Of a DNA stretch of 32,000 nucleotides, positions 20,294 through 27,537 are shown piece after piece. How positions within the stretch are numbered: position 1 is the first letter of the stretch; each line of letters starts with the position of its first letter. Made by a program: the position numbers and the translations under genes. Origin of the DNA: Pseudomonas aeruginosa (GTDB taxonomy: Bacteria > Pseudomonadota > Gammaproteobacteria > Pseudomonadales > Pseudomonadaceae). Below the pieces are notes generated by a model. It searched no databases, had not been told where the DNA came from, and saw nothing but the letters and a program-made list of their open reading frames with translations. The stretch spans positions 480,001 to 512,000 of the forward strand of contig NZ_LN831024.1 in NCBI RefSeq assembly GCF_001457615.1, written 5' to 3'.

Positions 20294-22491
20294 GGCTGGC
20301 CTGGCAGTGGCTGCGCGCCGGCCAGTTCCTTCTTCAGCAAGTGCGCGGCCAGGGTGCGCAGCGGGGCGAGCTGGCGGCAGATGTGCGCCAGTTGGGTCTG
20401 TACCAGGCGATGGCTGTCGTCCATGTCCTCGGGCATCTGCTCCAGTTCCTTGGCCAGCGCTTCCTCCTCTTCGCTGTAGATGGCGACCGGGCGTTTCTGT
20501 TCCAGGCTCGCGGCGATTTCCTCGAGGCTGGCGGAGAGCCGCTCGGCGGCGCGCTCCAGGAGGCCGTCGCTGGCGTCCTCGGGCAGGCTTTCGCGGTGCG
20601 CGCCGAGACCGGATAGATAGCTGAGCAGGGTGTGCGAGAGGACCAGGAAGCGGAAGCCGATCTCGGCGTCCTTCCTGAAGTGGCCGGGCTCCAGGAGCAT
20701 GTTCGACAGGGTGGTCGACAGCGCTGCGTCGGCGTTGTGCGCGTTGCGCCGGGCGGTGCGGTAGTCGAGGTCGTCGCGCTTGCCGGTGGCGTACTGCTGC
20801 ATGATCTGCCGCAGGTAACGGCTGTTGCAGGCGAGGGTGTTGGCGAGCATGCGGTTGAGCCGGCGGCCCTGCCAGTCGGGCAGCACCAGGAACACCGCGA
20901 GGCCGGCGATCAGGCTGCCCAGCAAGGTATCGAACAGGCGGGGCAGGATCAGCCCGTAGCCATCGCCGACCTGGTTGAAGCAGAACAGCACCAGCAGGGT
21001 GATCGCCGCCGTCGCCAGGGTATAGCGACTGCTGCGGGTGGCGAAGAAGGCGACCCCGGCGGCGACCGCGAACAGCGACTGCACCAGCGGGCTGGGGAAC
21101 AGGTCGATCAGCGCCCAGCCGACCACCAGGCCGACCACCGTACCGAGGATCCGCTGCACCAGGCGCAGGCGGGTCGCGCCATAGTTGGGCTGGCAGACGA
21201 ACACCGTGGTGAGCAGTATCCAGTAGCCCTGGGTCGGATGGATCCAGTGCAGCACGCCGTAGCCGGCGGTCAGCGCCAGGGCCATGCGCAGGCCGTGGCG
21301 GAACAGCAGCGAGGTCGGGGTGAGCTGCTGGCGCAGGCGCTCGAAGGCGTCCTTCAGGCTGCGCGGCGAGCGGTCGAGCAGGGCGCTGTCCTGTTCGTCG
21401 GCGATGGCGTCCGGGTTGCTCGCCCCGGCCAGCTTGCGGTCCAGCGTGGTGAGGTTGGCGGCCAGGGCGCCGAGCGAGCGAAGCAGGCCCTTCCAGGCCG
21501 GGTTGCTCTGCTGGCGCAGGTGTTCGAGCGAGGCCTGGAGATCTTCCAGGGCCAGCTCGCGGTCGGCGTAGTCGAACGGCTGGCGCAGGCGGATAGCCCG
21601 CGCCAGGGCCTGGCAGGCCTTGCCCTGCTGGTTGAGCAGGCGCTGGCAGCGGAACAGCACGTCGCTGTGGAAGAACGCCTCGGCCAGCCGGTTGTACGGG
21701 TAGTGCGAGGAACTGGCGCGCTCGTGGACGTCCTGGGCGATGAAATAGAGCTTCAGGTAGCGGCTCACCTTGGGGCCCGGCCGACCATGGCCGAGGCGGT
21801 TGAGAATGGTCTCCTTGGCCTGGTTCAGCGCCACCACCACCTTGCCGTTCTGCCGTGCCAGGGCGAGGCGCTGGCCCTCCACGTCGAGCTGGCGCAACGG
21901 TTCGAACAGGCTCGACTTGATCCTCAGGTATTCGCCCAGCTCGAAATACAGGCGGGAAAGACTCTGCTGCACCGGCTGGTTGGAGAACAGCGCGTTCCAC
22001 AGCACCGAGAGCAGCCCGTACCAGGCCGCCCCGGCCACCAGCAGCAGCGGTTCGTGCCAGACATCGGCGACCTCGCCGCCGCGCTGGTCCACGCCGATCA
22101 TGGTGTAGATCGAGAGGATCAGGGTCGCCGAGGCGATCGCCGCATAGCGCTCGCCGAGGGCGCCGAGGAGGATCATGCCGAACGCCGACAGCGCCATCCC
22201 GGAAACGAACAGCCAGGGATAGGGGAACAGCAACTCGACGGCGAAGGCGGCGACGCTGAAGCACAGCAGGGTCACCAGCAGCGCTTGCAGGCGGCCTAGC
22301 CAGTTGTCGTCGGTCTCCGCCAGGGCGCTGGCGATGATCCCGAGAAACAGCGGGATCAGCAGCTCGATGCGGTCCTGCCACCAGCACAGCAGCAGGGCGC
22401 CGGCCAGGGCGATGAATACCCGCAGGCTATAGGCGAACTTGTCGAGGGCCCAGAGGCGGCGGAGCGTGTGTGTCAACGAAGAGGGCGGCAT
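20290..22491 (-). CDS. YccS/YhfK-family integral membrane protein (FUSC-like, duplicated membrane domains with a cytoplasmic linker).
   Basis: 733 aa. The N-terminus FAYSLRVFIALAGALLLCWW resembles E. coli YccS. There are two clusters of about 5 TM helices separated by a long soluble region. Confidence 0.8.
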   Translation of the reverse strand: MPPSSLTHTLRRLWALDKFAYSLRVFIALAGALLLCWWQDRIELLIPLFLGIIASALAETDDNWLGRLQALLVTLLCFSVAAFAVELLFPYPWLFVSGMALSAFGMILLGALGERYAAIASATLILSIYTMIGVDQRGGEVADVWHEPLLLVAGAAWYGLLSVLWNALFSNQPVQQSLSRLYFELGEYLRIKSSLFEPLRQLDVEGQRLALARQNGKVVVALNQAKETILNRLGHGRPGPKVSRYLKLYFIAQDVHERASSSHYPYNRLAEAFFHSDVLFRCQRLLNQQGKACQALARAIRLRQPFDYADRELALEDLQASLEHLRQQSNPAWKGLLRSLGALAANLTTLDRKLAGASNPDAIADEQDSALLDRSPRSLKDAFERLRQQLTPTSLLFRHGLRMALALTAGYGVLHWIHPTQGYWILLTTVFVCQPNYGATRLRLVQRILGTVVGLVVGWALIDLFPSPLVQSLFAVAAGVAFFATRSSRYTLATAAITLLVLFCFNQVGDGYGLILPRLFDTLLGSLIAGLAVFLVLPDWQGRRLNRMLANTLACNSRYLRQIMQQYATGKRDDLDYRTARRNAHNADAALSTTLSNMLLEPGHFRKDAEIGFRFLVLSHTLLSYLSGLGAHRESLPEDASDGLLERAAERLSASLEEIAASLEQKRPVAIYSEEEEALAKELEQMPEDMDDSHRLVQTQLAHICRQLAPLRTLAAHLLKKELAGAQPLPGQP

Positions 22492-22752
22492 GGGGGCGGA
22501 GTGCTATCCGATGGTCCGTGGTTCAGCCTATGTGGCCTGTCCGGCTAATTCAATCGGCCGATTTCGCGCGACTGGAAGTCCGCTGCCCGCCGCAGTCGCA
22601 GGAAGCGCTGCCGTGGGCAACTCGGTCGAGCCGGGCATCTGGCGGATGCAGGCTTCGTGCCTGCGAACGCTAAGACGTCGTCGCCGCGCCGAACGTTACC
22701 CGGCGGCGATATCGCGCGCCGGAGCGGGCCCGGCGAGCGAAGCGGCGGCGCG

Positions 22753-24129
22753 CTAAAGCAGGCGGACCTTGAACGAGCGACCCTTGATCTTGCCTTCGCT
22801 CAGGCGCTTGAGGGCCTGGTGGGCGAGGCCCCGCTCGATGGCGACGAAGGCCTGGAAGTCGAAGATGGCGATCTTGCCCACCGCGCTGCCGGGCAGCCCG
22901 GCGTCGCCGGTGAGGGCACCGAGCAGGTCGCCGGGGCGCACCTTGTCCTTGCGTCCGCCGGCGATGCACAGGGTGCTCATCGGCGGCAGCAATGGCTCCG
23001 GGCTGGCCTTCAACTGGCCGAGGGCGTACCAGGCCAGCGGCTGCTTCTGCAGGTCCTCGATGGCCTGCGCGCGGCTGGCCTCGGCCGGCGCCACCAGCGA
23101 CAGGGCCAGGCCTTTCTCGCCGGCGCGACCGCTGCGTCCGATGCGATGGATGTGGACCTCCGGGTCACGCGCCAGCTCGACGTTGATCACCGTTTCCAGG
23201 GCGGCGATGTCCAGCCCGCGGGCGGCCACGTCGGTGGCCACCAGTACGTTGCAACTGCGGTTGGCGAACACCGTCAGGACCTGGTCGCGCTCGCGCTGCT
23301 CCAGGTCGCCGTGCAGGGCCAGGGCGGAAATCCGCTGCGCCTTCAGTGCGTCGGCCAGCTCCTGGCACTGCTGGCGGGTCTGGCAGAAGGCCACGCAGGA
23401 CTGCGGCCGGAAATGCTGGAGCAGGCGTACCACGGCGTCCATGCGCTGCTTCGGATCGATCTCGAAGAAGCGCTGCTCGATCTGGCTGTCGGCGTGCAGC
23501 GACTCGACCTTCACCTGTCGCGGATCGCGCATGAAGGTCTTCGCCAGCTTCTCGATGCCGTCCGGGTAGGTGGCGGAGAACAGCAGGGTCTGCCGGCGCT
23601 CGGGGAGCTGGCCGATGATCTCGGCGATGCTGTCGTAGAAGCCCATGTCGAGCATCCGGTCGGCTTCGTCGAGGACCAGGGTATTGAGCCCGTCGAGGAC
23701 CAGGGTGCCCTTGCGCAGGTGCTCCTGGATGCGCCCCGGGGTGCCGACCACCACGTGCGCGCCGTGCTCCAGCGAAGCCACCTGCGGGCCGTAGGGGACG
23801 CCGCCGCAGAGGGTCAGGACCTTGATGTTGTCGGCGGCGCGGGCCAGCCGGCGGATCTCCTTGGCGACCTGGTCGGCCAGTTCGCGGGTCGGGCACAGCA
23901 CCAGCGCCTGGCAGCCGAAGTAGCGCGGGTTCAGCGGGCTGAGCAGGGCGAGGCCGAAGGCCGCGGTCTTGCCGCTGCCGGTCTTGGCCTGGGCGATCAG
24001 GTCGTGGCCCTGGAGGATCAGCGGCAGGCTCTGCGCCTGGATCGGCGTCATCTCCCGGTAACCGAGGGAGTCGAGATTGGCCAGGAGGTCCGCGGAAAGC
24101 GGCAGCGAGGAGAAAGCGGTGGAGGTCAC
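22753..24129 (-). CDS. dbpA: ATP-dependent DEAD-box RNA helicase DbpA (23S rRNA hairpin-92 specific).
   Basis: 458 aa, colinear with E. coli DbpA. Motifs: MTPIQ (Q), AKTGSGKTAAF, VLDEADRMLDMGF, SAT, HRIGRSGRAG, plus the C-terminal DbpA RNA-binding domain. GTG start with no obvious SD. Confidence 0.92.
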   Translation of the reverse strand: MTSTAFSSLPLSADLLANLDSLGYREMTPIQAQSLPLILQGHDLIAQAKTGSGKTAAFGLALLSPLNPRYFGCQALVLCPTRELADQVAKEIRRLARAADNIKVLTLCGGVPYGPQVASLEHGAHVVVGTPGRIQEHLRKGTLVLDGLNTLVLDEADRMLDMGFYDSIAEIIGQLPERRQTLLFSATYPDGIEKLAKTFMRDPRQVKVESLHADSQIEQRFFEIDPKQRMDAVVRLLQHFRPQSCVAFCQTRQQCQELADALKAQRISALALHGDLEQRERDQVLTVFANRSCNVLVATDVAARGLDIAALETVINVELARDPEVHIHRIGRSGRAGEKGLALSLVAPAEASRAQAIEDLQKQPLAWYALGQLKASPEPLLPPMSTLCIAGGRKDKVRPGDLLGALTGDAGLPGSAVGKIAIFDFQAFVAIERGLAHQALKRLSEGKIKGRSFKVRLL

Positions 24130-24272
24130 GGGGCAGGGCTCGGCAGGCGATACGAGCGGCTAGTCTAGCAGCCTGCGGCGGCTTGCCGCGTGCGATCGCC
24201 GCCGGAGCAGCAGCGACAGGCAATGTATCTTTGGCCAGTACCGTTCGTCCGAAAAACGAAAAAAGCGCGTTT

Positions 24273-24288
24273 CTGTATTTTTATACAG
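24273..24288. promoter_or_regulatory. LexA (SOS) box-like palindrome in the dbpA/csp divergent region.
   Basis: CTGTATTTTTATACAG fits CTGT-N8-ACAG, and both 6-nt arms are identical to the gammaproteobacterial consensus CTGTAT....ATACAG. It lies 144 nt upstream of the dbpA GTG and 189 nt upstream of the csp ATG. Confidence 0.45.
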
Positions 24289-24476
24289 GTTCGCTTTCCT
24301 CAGTTTTTTGTCGTAGAGTGCTGACACTGTGTTTGCATGGGTCGCCGTCGATCGTGACCTGATGCGGTCGGAAATTCCAGCCCGTCCTGCTCGACTCCTT
24401 GTAACTCCTTGCAACTCAGTTACCGGCTACGATTTCGTGGCTAAATCAATACCCATAGTTCCAAGGAGAACTTGCA

Positions 24477-24686
24477 ATGTCCCGTCAGAACGGCACCGTT
24501 AAGTGGTTCAACGAAACCAAAGGCTACGGCTTCATTACCCCGGAAAGCGGCCCGGACGTTTTCGTTCACTTCCGTGCCATCGAAGGTAACGGCTTCAAGA
24601 CCCTGGCCGAAGGCCAGAAGGTCAGCTTCGAAGTCGTACAAGGCCAGAAAGGCATGCAGGCCGAGCGCGTTCAGGTGATCAACTAA
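24477..24686 (+). CDS. CspA-family cold-shock protein
   Basis: 69 aa. [15 protein letters not shown] (RNP1) and VFVHF (RNP2). Strong AAGGAG SD. It has a long upstream leader, as in other csp genes. Confidence 0.95.
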   Translation: MSRQNGTVKWFNETKGYGFITPESGPDVFVHFRAIEGNGFKTLAEGQKVSFEVVQGQKGMQAERVQVIN

Positions 24687-24709
24687 GATCCCTGGGCCCC
24701 AGCCCGAAG

Positions 24710-24740
24710 AACCCGGATGGAAGCATCCGGGTTTTTTATT
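24710..24740 (+). terminator. Rho-independent terminator of the csp gene.
   Basis: AACCCGGATG-gaag-CATCCGGGTT followed by TTTTATT, 24 nt after the stop codon. Confidence 0.9.
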
Positions 24741-24836
24741 GCCCGGAGAAAACCGTCACACTGTCTTCGCCTGCCGTTCACCCTGTCTTGACGAGTTCCC
24801 GCCCAGAGTGGCCCGGTCCCGTTCGGAGTCGTTTCG

Positions 24837-25361
24837 ATGAAGCCTGTGCAATCCCGTCGTCTGGCCTTCGCCGCGCTGTTGTCGCTGTCGTTCTCTTCCG
24901 CGTCCTGCCATGCCGCCACCGAGCACTGGGGCTGGATCGAGCAGTCCTGGCTGATGCCCGAGCGCATGCAGGCCAAGGCCAAGCTGGATACCGGCGCGCT
25001 GACCTCGTCGCTGGACGCGAGGAATATCCATCGCTACAGGAAGGACGGCGAGCGCTGGGTGCGCTTCGATGTCGTGCTGCCCACCGCCGACAGCAAGGCG
25101 CCGGTCAGCGTGACCTTCGAGCGCAAGGTGCTGCGGCTGATCAAGGTACGCGGCGCCGGCGGCAGCGACAGCCGTCCGGTGGTGGCGATGGACATCTGCC
25201 TGGGCGCCAAGCTGCTGCGCGAGCAGTTCTCCCTGCGCGACCGCGGCAACATGAACTATCCGGTGCTGCTCGGTCGCCGCACGCTCGAACACCTCGGCGC
25301 GGTCGACGTGTCCCGAACCTTTACCCGCAAACCTACCTGCAGCGCGCTCGCCGCTCAGTAG
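24837..25361 (+). CDS. Secreted retropepsin-like protein (COG4067 / 'putative ATP-dependent zinc protease' domain family, RimB-like fold).
   Basis: 174 aa. Signal peptide MKPVQSRRLAFAALLSLSFSSASCHA. Contains KLDTGALTSSLDA (a D-T-G aspartic-protease-type motif). GGAG SD. The family assignment is from memory of the domain and is not verified. Confidence 0.6.
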   Translation: MKPVQSRRLAFAALLSLSFSSASCHAATEHWGWIEQSWLMPERMQAKAKLDTGALTSSLDARNIHRYRKDGERWVRFDVVLPTADSKAPVSVTFERKVLRLIKVRGAGGSDSRPVVAMDICLGAKLLREQFSLRDRGNMNYPVLLGRRTLEHLGAVDVSRTFTRKPTCSALAAQ

Positions 25362-25729
25362 AAGAACCAGCGCAGCAGTCCAGCGCCCAGCGCCACCCAG
25401 AACAGCACGATCAGCGCAGCCATCCACAGGTTGCGCGGGTGCGTCTCGACCTCGCGAGCCCGCGCGCGGCACTCGGCGAGCAGCGTGGGTGGGGTGAGGC
25501 GGATCGCCAGCCAGATCCCCAGCGGCACCAGCAACAGGTCGTCGAGGTAGCCGAGCAGCGGTATGAAGTCCGGGATCAGGTCGATCGGACTCAGCGCATA
25601 GGCCACCACCAGCAGAGCCACCAGTCGGGCCAGCCAGGGCATGTGCGGATGGCGGCTGCACAGCCAGAGGACGATGACCTCGGTCTTCAGCTCGCGAGCC
25701 CAGCGCTTGAGCGTAGCGATCCAGGCCAT
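25355..25729 (-). CDS. DUF1232 (YkvA-like) small membrane protein.
   Basis: 124 aa. IDLIPDFIPLLGYLDDLLLVPLGIWL is the DUF1232 signature, and there are 3 TM helices. The ATG lies 1 nt after the stop of the upstream MFS gene. Confidence 0.7.
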   Translation of the reverse strand: MAWIATLKRWARELKTEVIVLWLCSRHPHMPWLARLVALLVVAYALSPIDLIPDFIPLLGYLDDLLLVPLGIWLAIRLTPPTLLAECRARAREVETHPRNLWMAALIVLFWVALGAGLLRWFFY

Positions 25730-25730
25730 C

Positions 25731-27164
25731 CTAGAGGTCCGGGTCCTTTTCCGGATCGACCCGGCGCGGGCTGGTGCGACCGTCCTCGCTGCCGAGCTGG
25801 AAGAAGATCGCCGCGGCCAGCATCGACATCAGGCCGACGCTGACATAGGTGGCGTGGAAGGCGCCGAGTACGGTGTCCTGCCCCGTATCCAGGTCGGTCT
25901 GGAAACCGCCCAGCAACGCCGCCGCGCAAGCCACGCCGAGGCTGATCGACAACTGCACGACCACCGACATCAGGCTGTTGCCGCTGCTGGCGTTGCTGTC
26001 CTGCAGGTCGATCAGGGTGAGGGTGTTCATCGCCGTGAATTGCAGGGAGTTCACCGCGCCGAGCAGGCTCAGGTGCAGCAGCAGCCAGACGTAGGGGGTG
26101 TCCTGGTCGACCAGGCCGAAGCCGGCGATCAGGCAGCCGAGGATCAGGGTGTTGCCGACCAGCAGCTTGCGATAGCCGAAGAAGTCCAGCAGTGGCTTGG
26201 CCATCGGCTTGGCGACCATCGCGAACAGCGCCAGCGGGATCATGGTCATGCCCGCGGTGGAGGGCGGGTAGCCCAGTCCCACCTGCAGCAACAGCGGGGT
26301 GAGGAAGGGCAGGGCGCCGCTGCCCAGGCGGGCGAACAGGTTGCCGAGGATGCCGACGGCGAAGGTCCGCGCCTTGAACAGGCTCGGTGGGAACAGCGGC
26401 TTGTCGATGCGTAGCGCGCGCAGCCAGTAGGCGGTGAGCAGGACCAGTCCGCCGATCAGCAGCAGGACCACGCGCAGGTGCGACAGGTGCAGCTCGCCGA
26501 GTCCTTCCAGGGCGATGGAGATCAGCACCATGGAGCCGCCGAAGAGCAGGAAGCCGATGCTGTCGAAACGGCTCGGCACCGGGCTGCGCAGGTCCGGCAT
26601 CAGCTTCATCGCCACCAGGCAGCCGAGCAGGCCGACCGGCAGGTTGATCAGGAAGATCCAGTGCCAGGAGGCGTACTCCACCAGCCAGCCGCCCAGCGTC
26701 GGTCCCGCCAGCGGGCCGAGCAGGCCGGGAATGGTGACGAAGCTGAGCACCCGCACCAGGTCCTGGCGCGGGTAGACGCGCAGGATCACCAGCCGTCCCA
26801 CCGGCATCATCAGCGCGCCGCCGACGCCCTGTACGATGCGCGCCCCGACCAGCAGTTCGAGGCTCGGCGACAGCGCGCAAAGCAACGAGCCGAGGCTGAA
26901 CAGCAGTACCGCGCCGAGGAACACCCGGCGCGTGCCGAAACGGTCGGCGATCCACCCCGAGGCCGGTATCAGCAGGGCCACCGTGAGCAGGTAGGCGATC
27001 ACCACCGCCTGCATGCGCAGCGGGTTTTCGTTCAGCGAACTGGCCATGCTCGGCAGCGCGGTGTTGAGGATGGTGCCGTCGAGGGCTTGCATGAAGAAGG
27101 CGACGGCAACCAGCCAGGGCAGTTGGCGGGCGATGCGGGGGGTGAGCTGGAACGGCTCGCTCAT
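25731..27164 (-). CDS. MFS transporter, DHA2 (EmrB/QacA-like, 14-TMS) drug:H+ antiporter family.
   Basis: I trimmed the ORF to the ATG at 27164 (MSEPFQLTPRIARQLPWL, 477 aa), which has a GAGGGAG SD. Motifs: ALDGTILNTALPSMA and GWIADRFGTRRVFL (MFS motif A). Confidence 0.88.
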   Translation of the reverse strand: MSEPFQLTPRIARQLPWLVAVAFFMQALDGTILNTALPSMASSLNENPLRMQAVVIAYLLTVALLIPASGWIADRFGTRRVFLGAVLLFSLGSLLCALSPSLELLVGARIVQGVGGALMMPVGRLVILRVYPRQDLVRVLSFVTIPGLLGPLAGPTLGGWLVEYASWHWIFLINLPVGLLGCLVAMKLMPDLRSPVPSRFDSIGFLLFGGSMVLISIALEGLGELHLSHLRVVLLLIGGLVLLTAYWLRALRIDKPLFPPSLFKARTFAVGILGNLFARLGSGALPFLTPLLLQVGLGYPPSTAGMTMIPLALFAMVAKPMAKPLLDFFGYRKLLVGNTLILGCLIAGFGLVDQDTPYVWLLLHLSLLGAVNSLQFTAMNTLTLIDLQDSNASSGNSLMSVVVQLSISLGVACAAALLGGFQTDLDTGQDTVLGAFHATYVSVGLMSMLAAAIFFQLGSEDGRTSPRRVDPEKDPDL

Positions 27165-27537
27165 GGACGGGCTCCCTCGGGCGGACAGGGCCCAAGCATA
27201 GAGAAGTTCTCGCCGCGATGGGACGGCCGGCGACCGGATCGGGGCGAACAGCGGGCATTGCGGCGGAAGTCGCGGCCAGAGAGGTCGCCTTTCATTGTCC
27301 TGGGTCAAGCCGAAGCGCTGGCGCTCGCCGGCTGCTGTGCTAGTACTCAAGAGTCACCCCGTCAGTGGCTGCGGATGCGACGTCGGCGCTTCGTCATCGC
27401 ACGGACATGTCCCGCGTTGCATGCTCGACGGCGCGTGCTTCACCGCCTTGTCGCGATGTTCTCCACGCAGCGCTCGGCGACCCCGGTCGCCGCTGCCGTC
27501 GCCGAAGCCCACCTTCCGTGGAAACAGGAGTCCTCCC

